Shown: positions 29,646 through 42,332 of the stretch, piece after piece
Numbering within the stretch: the first letter of the stretch is position 1
How the letters are laid out: each line of letters begins with the position of its first letter
Source of the DNA: Porphyridium purpureum
Taxonomy: Eukaryota
Assembly (NCBI GenBank): GCA_008690995.1
Contig: VRMN01000014.1
Span: 310,001-374,000 of the forward strand
DNA length: 64,000 nucleotides
Direction of reading: 5' to 3'
Made by a program: the position numbers and the translations under genes
Notes under the pieces: generated by a model
Told to the model about the DNA's origin: nothing
The model's database searches: none
The model's input: only the letters and a program-made list of their open reading frames with translations

Positions 29646-31061
29646 ATGTCTGTTGCTGCGGAAGCCGCGGACCGCGCGGAAGATGCAGAGATGGTAGGCC
29701 TGGATGCGTTGGATGCGTTAGATGTGTTGTTGGCACATAGCGAGGCGCGGCTGCACAAGGTGTACGAGTTTGTGCGCAAGAGTGTGGGCGAGGCAGGAAA
29801 TGCGTACTGGAGCTTGAGTGTGCCCGCGGGCGCGGACGCGTCGGCAGTGGCTGAGCGGTATGCGCAAGCGGGGCGGCAGGATCCGCAGGTGGTTGTGCAG
29901 GCTGGACATACAGAGAGTGAACCGGTGGGGTCGGCCGCCTTCGGTGGTGCACTCGGCGTGCATGGTAGAACGCTCGAGAATACGCCGGGGCTCGCTGGTC
30001 CCGCTGCGTCGACGAGTGGATCACAGCTGGCGCACAGTGCAGACCAAAGTCGAGCGTCCAACGGCTCGTCGGACGCTCAAGGCGGCCGGCTAGCTTTGGA
30101 ACCGACGCGCGACAGTGCAGCTGCAACAGCAGCTACGTTGGCGGCTTCGTTTGAGCACGCCGCTCGCGTTGCACAGCTTTTAGATGCGCTTGAAAGACTC
30201 ACGACTACGACCATGGCGCGGGAAGGCTCCGATATGTTGTTCATCGACTACCGGCGCGCCGTGGCGCTCGCGCAGGCGCGTGCAGAGACGCTGGAGAAAG
30301 AGCTCGCACGCGAGCGACAAAGAGAACGCGACGAAATGATGAAGCGGGAGCGATGGAAGACCGAAATCGGCTCCAGGCTGGCTGCGCTGCATGAGGAAAA
30401 CCAGGCGCTCAAGATTGCGAACAAGGAGCTCACGCTGTTCAACACGCAGAGTGGCGTCGAACTCAGCGAGTGGAAGGCAAAGGGTGAGGCTGCACTGGAG
30501 GAGAACGAGGCGATGCGGCTGAGGCTCAACTTTGCGGACGAAATGGAGCGCTTGTTGCTGGTTGAGCGCGAGAGTACCGCACGCTTAAAGGAGCAGGTTC
30601 GCGAACTTCAGGATGAGCTGACTGTTCGTTCTCATCAGGCGAACACGGCACTGAACGAAAACAAGCGAGCGCCAGGAGCGCAATCGCAAACAAAGGCACG
30701 TGACAGTGATCTCGTGCTGCGCATGCGCGAGCGCATGCTACGGACGGAGCGTGAGTTGCGTGCCGAACGTGAGCGCGCTGCCACGCTGCAGCGGCTGAGC
30801 ACACAGCACCAAATCGAAGCTCAACGCGTGCAAACGATTCGTGAGCAGCTGCAAGATAAGCTGAATCTCATGGAAACAGTTCACGCACAGCGCGAGCGGC
30901 AGATGGATGAGAGTTATAACGCTGTCAGGGCAGTCAACCAGGCACTCTGTGTGTGGATGAATGAACTGCAAATCAAACAAATGGCGCATGAACCACCACG
31001 CGTTGCCTCTGACGCAGACGCAGCGTCCAGCTCCGGAGAAAGCGCTTCCTTACCACCGTAG
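29646..31061 (+). CDS. Hypothetical coiled-coil protein
   Basis: 471-aa ORF, E/R/L/Q-rich heptad segments in the C-terminal two-thirds, GA-rich leader upstream. Confidence 0.7.
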   Translation: MSVAAEAADRAEDAEMVGLDALDALDVLLAHSEARLHKVYEFVRKSVGEAGNAYWSLSVPAGADASAVAERYAQAGRQDPQVVVQAGHTESEPVGSAAFGGALGVHGRTLENTPGLAGPAASTSGSQLAHSADQSRASNGSSDAQGGRLALEPTRDSAAATAATLAASFEHAARVAQLLDALERLTTTTMAREGSDMLFIDYRRAVALAQARAETLEKELARERQRERDEMMKRERWKTEIGSRLAALHEENQALKIANKELTLFNTQSGVELSEWKAKGEAALEENEAMRLRLNFADEMERLLLVERESTARLKEQVRELQDELTVRSHQANTALNENKRAPGAQSQTKARDSDLVLRMRERMLRTERELRAERERAATLQRLSTQHQIEAQRVQTIREQLQDKLNLMETVHAQRERQMDESYNAVRAVNQALCVWMNELQIKQMAHEPPRVASDADAASSSGESASLPP

Positions 31062-31099
31062 CAGGCGAGCTGATCGACTTGCTGGTGCTTGTATGTATC

Positions 31100-34000
31100 A
31101 CGGTGCTTCGATACGTTTCAACCAGCTCACGGCGCCCTGTAAACATTGCTACCGACATGATTATATTCGTATGACCAAAGCGCCGGAGTGTTTCACCTCT
31201 CACCTCTCCTCTGAAGATTTCGGACCTTGTTCTCATGGTACCAAACCGCCTTGGGATGTCGAATGGAAATGACAGAAAGGCGTGTACGCTTGATGTTTGG
31301 GTTTACCAAATGACCGTATCGTCAGCGGCAAAGCCTGTGCGTGACGGCGGAACAATGGGGCCGACAGCCACCAAGTCTAAAATGATCTGTGATGCTTTCT
31401 TCCGCATTTGGCAATGGGAGTCCCGAAGTGGTTCACTCAGATTGTATTCTGCTTGCTCGCGCATTTGTGTATCGGACTGAAGAGCCCAAATCTATTACCG
31501 CCAGCAGTCGAAAGACCACGATGCTCATCTTTGGGAGTCGTTGTAGCTCGTGCTGGAGGGGAGATCGCTTTTGAATCGGTTTAAAATTGCGGGTTTGGAG
31601 CGCCAGTACATGAAATCGGCCTTGACCATTCTCGAAAGATGAGGCTTTTTGCGGGGCCGAAAGATGAGGCCTTTACCGGGGCCGAAGTCGGAGTGTAATT
31701 GAATGCTCTCACTGGCGACCAAATTTATTCTTCACGCCATGAAAAAGCAGGCGTAGATGTTCTATACATGTATTCTTTCTGTCCCCTGACACTAGACAGG
31801 AACAAGTTCAAGAGACTGGCCCTACGCGCTGTCTTTTCCATGCATTTGCACCTTGCGAATGACTTACTTTCGGTCGTTGTTCGAAAGTAATCTTTTCCGG
31901 TGCTGCCCGGTGATTAAGTGTCCCAAAGACAAGCAGCTACATCTTGAAGAATGACGCTGCGAAAGGAGCATTCATAGTCGGAAGCCGAACGCAGCCAATC
32001 TTGACTTTGCGATTTGGCTGCGACCACCATTTTCGCAGCAGATCGTCCAAAGCGATGCATCCGTGCTGGCTATTTTGCCGCTGGTGTCCGCGTAGCAGCT
32101 CATATTTGCTCCATCATGCCGACAAGCGAGCGTCAACACCCACCTCGAAATCTACATACGACTGAAAGTCACGAGTCGGCTGGCAAAAGATTCACAACCA
32201 AATTAGCCAGCACTGACGGGCACATGGCAGTCTCGCCTGCATCATGTGGTGGCGAATGTATTTTGACCTGTTCAAAGTGCTAGTTTCAGGTTGGCACGCT
32301 CACATTTACACGCCAAAGCCAAACATTGACCAAATAATCAAGATCTTTCGTCACCACACCGCCGGAGCTATGAATCCTTCGTCATGGCTCGCGTGCATGT
32401 GTTTGCGCTGATCGTAGAAGGACTGCATTCACTTGAGCCTTCTCACTAATCGTCAGAGCGTATCTGAGCGTCGGCCTTCTCCACATCATAATACTCCCGT
32501 AGTGTCCACGTCTTCGAAATCCTTCGAGCGTGAGGATAATCAAAGATGCAGAATCGCGAAAATCCGTGAAAGGTGCGGTTTCTGTCACAAGTGACGCGAG
32601 GTGTACCGCCGAGTAGCTCATACCGATGGAACACCACTTACATATAAAACAAGAATACGTGAAGGATGGAAGAGTAGGCACCGGTAGAAGACGACTATTA
32701 AAAGGGAGTCTGGCGCAAAACGGCCTCAGGCAATAGCTTGGTACAATCGCCCGGTGCGGACGCATCCGCGATCCAATCGCTAGCCCCCCGCAACAATTCC
32801 TCGCGCCGTCAAGCACGTTTGGTGAGCCCTGGGGGTTCTTCGGTCTTTCCATCTGTCCGGGGCTATTAACGACAGATGCTAAACCAAGGGATGTATGGTC
32901 AGGGACGATTGTCGACTGGGTCAGAGCAGCTATGCGTGCTCCAGGTTGTGGAGCGGAACGGTAACTGCACCATGAGTCGGCTCTCTTAGAGCTCGACCGA
33001 CGCACGTTGTTGGGTATATACAAACTTTGAGCCACAATCTTTCAATTCAGCCAGACAATAATTAAAAAAGGGCAAGAGAGGAGCCCGATAAAAGACACTT
33101 GCAAGGCATATGCGTTGAAAAACAGAGGGCTTGAGAGACGGCAAGGTGGCGTGCATGACAGAACTCTCTTCTCCGAGAATGCTCAGTATCCAAATCCAAT
33201 AAGAAAACATGATACGGAAGCACCACACGAATGGCAAAGTTGTTTGATGCAGTATCATGAGACAGTCATTCACAGACTTTCACTTCGAGCTCCATGACAC
33301 TCCTCTATCTTTTTCTCATTTGTTTGCCATCCGCATCACATGAGATTCACGCTTCAATCATCTCTATATTCTTATTCCCGCTGGAAATATGTCTCGGCAA
33401 CCAGATTTCTTGATCCCTGGACAAATTATGTTTGAAGCAAACGCTGGTTGTATTTCTCCCACTTCCTTCAATTGACTCTGCCAGCCACAAGGGCTTCCAT
33501 TTTGTTGGTCTGCTACTCGACGGACTGCTCCAAGGGACGACGACGATGGTTGAAGGACTCTTCTCCTTTGTTTTTCATAGGGGAGGCAGCAATGTTGATA
33601 GACGATGAACCCTATTATTATACCAAGACTTCCTTCATCAATTTTGTTACCTTGTCTTTTTTTGCGCGAGGCATGGGACTATACTTCGAGCGCGGTCTGC
33701 CGTATTTAAGTACGTGGCGAGCAGAAAAGAAATGACGAATCATGCATTGAAAGCATAAGAGATTGACAAGGACTCCGTGCAAAAGTAAATGCAAAGACGT
33801 GTTATTGGTCTCTGTCTTCGCGAATAAGACAGATGAAAGGGTTGCCTCCAATCCGTTGTGCACCTGAGGGACACCAAATCCTATTTGGAAGCACAAGTGA
33901 TTTTAAAAAATGTCGTTCGAATGACAGACGGTAATCACTTTGTTCATCTCGAGTGCGCCATTCTCGAGTTGAAAAGACACTTAACTTCCGGCTTGCGGTG

Positions 34001-37000
34001 CAAAAGCCAGGTGCTCGCGCCTCCCATGGCGCAAACACTGATGTTAATTTAACCTACGTGCTATCTAACCATCAAAAGTGCGGACTTATGCAAATATCTC
34101 CACCTTTTCCATAAATTATTGCCACCGCGGGCAACGTCTCGAGATTTCTTAATACCCTTAGCCTTAGGCCTTTACGAGCCATACAAGAATAGACACGGAC
34201 GGTCACATGGTCTGGACCAGGTAGATACGTGACACGTGGGGATGGGCCGCACTTGAACAGCAGCGATACACACGTGCTTCTTTTTTTGCACTTTCGCAGC
34301 TCTTTTCTATTTTCGAAATATGCTAGCATACGATTGACTTTCGTCGATGTTGTGTAAGAACGATTCCATGTAAGATTCTTGCCCTAGGAAGAAGGAAATG
34401 CTCGGCTAAAGTGGTTTGCTGCCTCTCGTCACCGCTGTTCGCGCAAGTCGTTCAATCATTGTCAACCAGGAAATCCTTTTCCGTTTGAGACTCCATTGTG
34501 TGTGCGGTGGACTCGACAATTCCATTTGCCATTTTAATCAGCCTATTTTCTGTTCTAACTGAATCTGTCTACATTCTCATCCGGCTGCGCCGGTTGACGC
34601 AAGCGCGCTTTCATACACTTTCAGATCAACGTCCGCCGCGGGTGAAAATGTTCATCCGTTCACTCTCTCTACCTTCGCGCTCACGCTGCTCATCACTCTC
34701 AGCCTTGATTGAGAAAGTAATCAACACACTTTCAGGTTTCTGCGATATTCTCTCTTTCCCGTCGCTAGCAAAGGCTCATCATCATCCGCATCAATGCTTG
34801 GTGTCACAATTTGCCACGATAGCGGTGCCCACTGCTCATCGGCGGCATACGCCTTTCTGTGGTTTGACCTTGTTTTACGTTCGCACGACATACGCGCTTG
34901 CTTCCCTTTCGCTAGAGCGAAAGCCATATCGCCTCAGTGGAGACTGTTTCTTGGAGCATTTATTGTCAGCGAGTGCCCGTTGACTATACTCCGCAGCGAA
35001 GGCTCCTCCGCATTTTTTCGCTCTTCCGTTGTAGTCCTCCGTTGCTCCTCCGCAGCACAGGAATTTGCCATGGCTTCTCTCCCTGTGTCTCGTTGCTCTC
35101 AAGCGAGCTATCGTCCACTGCTCTTCACTTAACCTGTCACAGACTGTACTCAAGCGCGTCTATTCTGCCCGCCTTCAAAGCTCGCTCATCATTCATGCGG
35201 GAAAGTAAGTTCTGCTTGTCGAGAGTGGCCAGGGGGAAAAGCTGGCTTTTCGACTTTTTTGTAATAATGAACGATGTGCTCATGGGAAGAAGCGGTGATG
35301 AATTTCATCAAGATTGTAACCCTTAGTCAATTCTTTGTTCGACACGCTTGACTAGGAGAGATAAAATGAGCTCCGGACAAAGTCTCAGGAAGAAACATTC
35401 TGCCCTTTTATCAGCAACTTCATCGACGCCTCCAAAGACTCAGGCAGTGCGCATCCATGCCACAGCGCATTTAGAAATTTATGAGTGATTTCGGCTTTCT
35501 CTTTGCTTTCAAAGCATCTGAATTCAACCTGGCATGGTCCACATGTTGAACTACAGAATCAGCGTTCGTCACGCCCCCTCATGTTCTTTTGAGTTCCCCA
35601 TGGCCACTGCGATTCAGCACCATCGCCTTTTCTTTTCTTGCGGCCGAAGGCCGTGCCGGAGCCAGACTACACATGCAATTCCTATGGTCTCAACTGACAA
35701 TGTCTTTCTATTTCCCACCTCTGCTGATGGTTGTCGGTAAATGCGTGGCCAGGCCGGCAAAAGAAGAGAGCCGTCGTATATCATTTGCGGAGAAGCGGAC
35801 GAAGTTCTGCGTGCAATCCACATCGTTGAGTGAATATAAATCTTCCTACTTGCACTATCCACACATATATACCAAAACTTGATTGCCTTCTCCATTCGAT
35901 CATTTTGCTGAAAGTTATTTGATCGTGCTTGCTTAACTCGCTACTTTGTCGCTGGGTGCTCAAAATGCTTTCTTACCTCGTGCATGGCCCTGTTGTTTTC
36001 GACTGGCACCGCAAAGGACGTGTGCTGATGCTCAAGTAGAATTCCTGGTTTGTAGCCAAAGATTAAAATGTTTCATACCATTGGCGTCCCGTTAAATCAT
36101 TCATCGCTGTTGAGCGTCAGTTTCAGTGTCATGTTATACGTCACATTCAGGTTCTTGACGGCTCTCGTCAATCCACTTCAGCGGCAAATGGTAACACTTT
36201 CCACCACCGTGCTAAGGCTCCAAGCGAAAAGCCACATTCTCAATCCTCATTGACAGCATTGTCCTTCCGAAGGCCGCAACCATGCAATAGCCCTCGCGGT
36301 CCTTGCTTACCGTGTGAGGGATACCGTAATGATAGATCATGTAATATAGCAGAAGGTCAAAGCCCGCTTTGGCAGAAATTTCTTTCACGGTCGTTGGACC
36401 TGTTACTTGTGTATCTTTCCGTGTCATTTGCAGTATCGACTTTTCGTAGGCGATATTGTCATTCTGAGCGAAGCACCCATTTTGAGGGAGCTTATTGTTG
36501 AGCCGAATCTAGCCAGGTCATCATGAAGGTATGGCCGGACTCATGGGTGCCTCTTTCGATAATCTACAAATCTGCAACTGTTTTTTTTTTTTGTTGGTCA
36601 ACACATTCGCGCAAGTACGAGTATTTCTGCCCGTCATCTCCATGTCATCCGTAATGCACGACTTGTGCGATCCTTTCTTTTCCAGCGTGTCTGAATTCTA
36701 GTGTAGTCCCTATACCTCCGCCGTAAGTTAGCACGTCCTTTACTGACAAGCGCATGTAACCATATTTCACAGTGAGCTGTCCTCCAATTACGAATCTTTA
36801 CGGCTACATTCTCCCGTAATTTTTGCAAAAGTAATCTTAGCTTTATTCTTGCCCAAGAAATCCAATCCAAGAAGCACAAACACATCCACATTGACAGCGT
36901 GGATGTCGTGATTACTCACGAATTTTCCCACGGTTTCGCTGTTCTTCAGTTTCCATTTACCAGGGAGTACGTGATTTCTTAGCCTGAGAATCATTTTGCT

Positions 37001-37350
37001 GAAACCGACGTGGCTTTGCCAATTCTTGTTACCTCCATACGCCCAAGTATCAATATACGGCCGACGAGAGAAAAAAGAACTCCCATATCAATGAATGAGT
37101 TAAGGAAGTGATTAAGCGTTTTTGATTGCTTTTTACTTGTCTCTTGAGATAAGCGTCATGAAACGAATTTAGCTTATCAACGTCATAACATTGAATCTCA
37201 TCGTCCGTGCCCTCATCCGCTCGGCAAGTTCCTATCTAATGCACAAGTTATTGAATCTTGCAGGACAATCCTCGTCCAATCATGGCTACCGAGCTCTGGT
37301 TCAAAAAATGAGCGACTGCAATATGTGTCAGTAAAACTCTGGACGCCGCA
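31100..37350. other. Gene-free, lower-GC region, probably decayed transposon sequence (the right part likely the eroded gag/PR/IN-zinc-finger of the adjacent copia element)
   Basis: No long ORFs. CxxC (SDCNMCQ*) near 37311-37334 sits just upstream of the copia integrase core. Confidence 0.4.
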
Positions 37351-37362
37351 GTACCTATTGAA

Positions 37363-39690
37363 GTATCCTTCAATCACAATGTCAGCCCCGACATCATGTA
37401 CCTGGATTCCAAACCTGTCCTGCATGCTGTGTGCAACGGCACAAAATTCAACGCGGCATGGTTTATCAAGGAAGGGGAAACTGCCCAAAACATATTTTCA
37501 CTTTTCTTCCGTGGATGGATTTCAATATTTGGCGCTCCGCACCGTGTGACTGTCGACAAGCAAACGAATTTCGCGTCGGCCGATTTTTCGGTTTTGCTAT
37601 TGGCGGAGTGCGCGATCGTGGATTCCATCGCTGTGGACGCGCACTGGTCCCAAGGCATAGTTGAGCGCCATCATGAGCCGCTCAGGCGAACGTATTTGCG
37701 GGTGCGCCAGGAGTACGATTGTCTAGGCGAAGACAACTGTCTAGCCATCGCGGTGCGAGCTGTGAACGTCACAACTGGTCCCGAAGGACTCATTCCTAGC
37801 CTTCTCGTCTTTGGGACGATCCCAAGATTGGCTCTTCGGCCCGAGTCCGCTCAAGAGGATTCCCGTGAATCAAACGTCTCAAGGCTATCTGCAGCACTTA
37901 TCGCGCGTGGTGAATACGAAAGGTCTGTGGCGGAATACCGCGTGAAAACTGCACAGTCGTCAAGGATTCCCGAATTTCCGCGAGAGGAGGATGTGATTGA
38001 GGTCGGCGCGCCTTTACTGGTGCGACGAGAAAGTGCGTATGAATACGGTGGTCCATTCGTGTGTGCGCAAATTGACGGGAACCAAGTCGAAGTGTTCATT
38101 CCGAACATGCGCGGTCCAGCGCGAAAGCAAGCTTTCAGTATTCATAATGTGAAGCGGTACCGAAGCTCACCAGCTCTACAGGAGAATTTGATTTTAGCGG
38201 CGACCACGGACGACCCGTGGGGAGAAGCCAAGGAAAAGGAGTTGCAAGATCTTATCCAGCGTGGGACCCTGGCACCCGCTGAACACGTACCTAGTGGCGC
38301 GACCGTACTGGGTTCTCGCTTCGTGAACACGCAGAAAACAGACGGGAGAATGAAATCTCGATTTATTGTTCAAGGATTCCGAGATCCGGAGGGCAAGGCG
38401 ACAGCTGTGAACGCACCAACGCTTTCGCGATATATGCTGCGAGTCATATTTTCAATTACTGCAATTCATGGACTCGAGCTCGCGTATCGCGATTATTCGC
38501 AGGCGTATCTACAGAGTGCGTGGCAGCTGGATCGCGAAGTTTACATTCGTCTAAAGGACGATGTGCGCGAACTCTTATCGCGTCTAACGGATTCCCAGTA
38601 CCCAGTGCACGCAAGGGTCAAGAAGCCTTTATACGGACTCCGCGAATCGGGAACATACTGGCATTCGACCTTAGAAAGTCGTCTTCGGAAAGGAGGATTC
38701 CTCGTCGCTGCGCTGGATCCATGTGCTTTCTATTTTGGCGAGCGCGAAAGCTTCTCCGGTGGTGTAGGTGTCGTGGTAGACGATATACTCGTTTTTGGGC
38801 AGGCACGCGCGTTCCAAGCGGAGGCGTGTGTAGCTGCCGGCCTCGAACACAAGGGAATCTCGAAGCCGCCCTTTACTTTTAACGGAATCCGCATGCACCA
38901 GACACAAAACGAGCTGTTAACTGATCAAGATGCGTACATTGATCGATGCTTCGAAGCAGGAATCCCTTCTGTCGAAACATTTGAAGATTTCCGGTCTATG
39001 CGCGGCAAACTCATGTATTTGGCAACCGGTACACGACCGGAGATTCAATTTGCGGTTGCAAAATTATCGCAAGTTACTGAAGAATCCTACTGTGCAGACC
39101 ATGCGAAGAAGCTATTGGGCACCGCCAAATACGTGAACGCATTTCGCGTCAAGTTGCGCTACCCACGCCTTGACCCGAAAACGCTAAGGCTACGTGTTTT
39201 CGCGGACGCTAGCTATGCGTCGAACGACGACTACACGTCTCAAGTGGGCTTTGTCGTTTTTCTAGGCGACGCATCGGAGAATGTTCATTATATGCATTCG
39301 CAATCGGTGAAGGCGAAACAAGTGGCTCACTCAGTAATGAGTGCAGAGCTGTTGGCCCTCGTCCTGGCTTACGATTTTGCGGAAGCGGTAGCGAACGAGC
39401 TGAAGAGGTGCGGCTTCGATGTGCCAATTATACTGGGGACGGACTCCAAACAGATCTTTGACGCAATTGCGAGCAGCTCTATCTTGCAGGAGAAGCGTCA
39501 AATGATCCGTTTATTGTTGCTACGCGAAGGACTCCAAATGCGACGGATATCTGAAATCATTCATGTTCCGGGAATCCAGAATATAGCGGACGCGTTGACC
39601 AAGCAACGCGACTGCGGTCTCTGGCGTCGCGTGTTGGAGTACGGCAAGCTTGCCGATGTTTTCACCGCCCGTGTGTTTCTTTTCGATTGA
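37363..39690 (+). CDS. Ty1/copia pol (integrase core, RT, RNase H), GalEa-like; 5' part missing or decayed
   Basis: IN: FNHNVSPDIMYL, VTVDKQTNF, GIVERHH. RT: KSRFIVQG, DYSQAYLQS, KPLYGLRESG, VVDD. RH: FADAS, SAELLA, TDSK, NIADALTK. IN-RT-RH order is copia. Confidence 0.9.
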   Translation, partial: VSFNHNVSPDIMYLDSKPVLHAVCNGTKFNAAWFIKEGETAQNIFSLFFRGWISIFGAPHRVTVDKQTNFASADFSVLLLAECAIVDSIAVDAHWSQGIVERHHEPLRRTYLRVRQEYDCLGEDNCLAIAVRAVNVTTGPEGLIPSLLVFGTIPRLALRPESAQEDSRESNVSRLSAALIARGEYERSVAEYRVKTAQSSRIPEFPREEDVIEVGAPLLVRRESAYEYGGPFVCAQIDGNQVEVFIPNMRGPARKQAFSIHNVKRYRSSPALQENLILAATTDDPWGEAKEKELQDLIQRGTLAPAEHVPSGATVLGSRFVNTQKTDGRMKSRFIVQGFRDPEGKATAVNAPTLSRYMLRVIFSITAIHGLELAYRDYSQAYLQSAWQLDREVYIRLKDDVRELLSRLTDSQYPVHARVKKPLYGLRESGTYWHSTLESRLRKGGFLVAALDPCAFYFGERESFSGGVGVVVDDILVFGQARAFQAEACVAAGLEHKGISKPPFTFNGIRMHQTQNELLTDQDAYIDRCFEAGIPSVETFEDFRSMRGKLMYLATGTRPEIQFAVAKLSQVTEESYCADHAKKLLGTAKYVNAFRVKLRYPRLDPKTLRLRVFADASYASNDDYTSQVGFVVFLGDASENVHYMHSQSVKAKQVAHSVMSAELLALVLAYDFAEAVANELKRCGFDVPIILGTDSKQIFDAIASSSILQEKRQMIRLLLLREGLQMRRISEIIHVPGIQNIADALTKQRDCGLWRRVLEYGKLADVFTARVFLFD

Positions 39691-39860
39691 GCGATATTAC
39701 GTGGACATGATTCCCCATTTTTCGCCGGGAGTCCCTGTTTGGTTCACAAGATTGCGAAGACGTTCAAGTTTATCTTTTACTTTCGGAGGACAAGAGTCCA
39801 AATGTTTTTGAAGAAGGTCGTCGTTGCGTGCGCACGGAGGAAAAGAAAAGAAAGGGCCAG

Positions 39861-40244
39861 TGTCAAAACATGAACTGTACCCCTGCCTCTGGTACCACTA
39901 GATATGTGCTGCATGACGCGAGACACTCACTGTCTGTTGCTTCTAGAACCTTCTAGCGGCGCCAGCAGGGCTTCAGTGTGGATTCCGCCGTGCGCATAAA
40001 TAGCGCGCCCAACTTTCCGGGGGTCGTGGGTAGGAAAAAGTCTAGAGGTAGAGATTAAGCGTTGGGAAAATATAAGACTTTATAATTCGTGTCGATTATC
40101 AGCAAGGAGCCTACGAAGGCATCCTCCTGTGAAGCCGAAGACTAGCCCGTGGTGGGAAACCCACTCCCGGCTCGTTAGCACTTTCCCCTGCGCTTCTACA
40201 GTCTCTCCGGGGTGCGAAACCTCGAAACACCGGTTTTCGTGACA
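39861..40244 (+). repeat. 3' LTR of the copia element, preceded by a PPT
   Basis: Purine tract GGAGGAAAAGAAAAGAAAGGG at 39836-39856. Termini TGTCAAAAC...GTTTTCGTGACA, CATAAATA at 39995, HSE at 39941. Right boundary inferred. Confidence 0.65.
39941..39953. promoter_or_regulatory. Heat shock element in copia LTR
   Basis: TTCtaGAAccTTC, three inverted nGAAn units about 40 bp upstream of the TATA-like box. Confidence 0.65.
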
Positions 40245-41916
40245 CTAACCCTGAAAGCAAAGGGATTCTGAGTGGCTCCCTCACGAGAATTGTGAAGGCC
40301 GTCCAGGCGACTAATTGTACAGTGCGGTCAGATATGTACGGGAAGTCGCCGAGTTGGAGTGAGCGCGTGCCTACGTATGAATGAAGTCATCACGAATTTC
40401 CTAGCTTTCGCTTTTTTGGAACACAATTATGGAATGCAAAGACTTCCACGTGAGTCCGAAAGATCATGCTTCAGACTTGCTAGACAGCCAAAAATACCAA
40501 ATGCTTCGTGATAGGCGTGTACAGTCTGCACTTTTTCTCTTACGAATTGATAAAGTACTTGATGACAGTTTCATCATAAATTCTGTGGATCTTGACGAAG
40601 TTCTGAAAAGCGCCCGAAGCAATTTAATGTGGTACAGACCCCCCCAAAACAGCCAATTTCAGTCACTTGTCCCATAAGTGATGGAGAAAGCCCGATCTTC
40701 TCTTGTTTCCCGTTTTCAATAACGTTGCCAGGACCTTTACAATTTGTGTTCATACGCGGAATCAATGAGTTAAAATTTCAAACACTCACGATATGTTGGC
40801 AACGCCATAGCCGAGGCATTGAACACGCACGTAAATGGCTGGCAAGGTACCTGAATGCGCGTGCGTTGCTGACCATATACCAGGAAAAACGTGGAGGGCT
40901 GCGAGGTGACTGGAGACATGAGCAGGTCTGGCAGTCACAGGCTTGAAAATGAAGGACGTACGACAAGATTTGAAAAGAACTTTGGTGAATGAAGTTGAAT
41001 GAAGAAAAGAGAAAACCAACCAGTGCCGAGATGTCGGACTTCATGCGGAGCGGCACTGTGACGTGGCTACTGTATAAATTTACAATACTTTAATGCGGCA
41101 CAACTCGGCTTCGGTGCGCAAGCGAGCATTTCCACTCGAACTTTGTTTCAAAGCCCCAAGCATTCTCATGCCGAGAAACGAGATCGCTTTGGACAAGCAG
41201 CCACGTGATGGCTTTGAATGAGATTGGTATTCTGGTTAGGTGTTTTTAAGGAAGCACTCTCGAAGAAGGCTTACGTTGCAGGTGCAGGAGCAAAGCATAC
41301 GTAGAAGACTCATACAATCTATGAAAATGCTCGAGCTACGGTCGCTCATTGAGCGCCTTGAAAATCAGAAGCATTTCAATCGTTTCTTTTCTTTGTATGG
41401 GTGTGTTTCATTGATTTCAAGTCTTTTTACGGATTCGTGAAAAAAACCTCCAAGGATGCTCTTAGCATTGACGCGTCCGATCACTGCACATGCAATGACG
41501 AAAAGTACCCCGTGCCGCCGGCGGCAATTTCCGAAAAAATGGCGTGCATTGTAGTCGAGCGCGAGCGCATACGAGGCCTTGCGCCAGACTCGGTTGCGGC
41601 AGCTCATGTCGGTCGGAAGGACATCTGGACGGAAGGACGCGCCTTGTACCCAGACTGGTTCACGGCAAAAAAAAACCCAAGAACAAAGGTGGCGATGCAG
41701 GCGCATATGCGCGAGCACGCGCAAATGGTTGACTAGGATAGGGTTGCTCCTTCGGACGGGATGCGTGCCATGGAGTATGGGCTCTTTTCCAGCATCATGA
41801 GTGTTTTGATGGTTGGAAGAGTAATATCATGAGTCATCGAAGAGACTGTTTCGGACCGTGTGGAGGCGCGTGGTGGCCCTGTAGAGGGTGAGGTACCCAG
41901 TGCGCGCTATGCTGGT

Positions 41917-42213
41917 TGTTACCAATGCTGTGCCTTTTACTCTGCTTCTTCTTTCTTGCCTCTTCTGTCTCCGAGCAAGACCTGACCGGCTAGTCCGGGC
42001 AGGCGCGTCGCCTTTTTATACCCTTACTTCCGCCAGGGACAGCAAGGCGCCAAGAGAAATGACAATGCAAATCATTGGCATTTCTGCGCGCGTCTAGAAG
42101 GTTCTGGAACCTCTAGAAGCTTCTAGAAACGGTTAAACGGTCTACCGGCTTAGCGGCTTACCGGTTTCGGATTAACCGAACCGTTCTAGGTGACTGGGGT
42201 CGAACGGATAACA
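41917..42213 (-). repeat. 3' LTR of gypsy copy 1
   Basis: TGTTA...TAACA termini. PPT on the minus strand (AAGAG, G run, AGA) abuts at 42214-42227. Confidence 0.95.
42096..42129. promoter_or_regulatory. Double heat shock element in gypsy LTR U3 (present in all five LTR copies)
   Basis: GAAggTTCtgGAA and GAAgcTTCtaGAA. TATAAAAAGG on the minus strand at 42011-42020 lies about 75 bp downstream in element orientation. Confidence 0.75.
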
Positions 42214-42332
42214 TCTCCCCCCCTCTTGGCTCGACGTCTCGGCGAGACTCCAAACTAAGTTGCATTCTTGGCTCGAGGAACCCGCGCTCCGGGAGAAAAC
42301 CTCTGCCTAGCAAACTTCTCACAATACCCAAG

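Noticed and set aside
31100..37300. 5' LTR of the copia element, or intact genes such as ORF 32382-33035
   Set aside because: No copy of the 39861 LTR was found, and the short ORFs have no recognisable motifs.
42214..42332. Chromodomain or env ORF after gypsy pol by readthrough
   Set aside because: Only 25 codons to the next stop, with no chromodomain residues.
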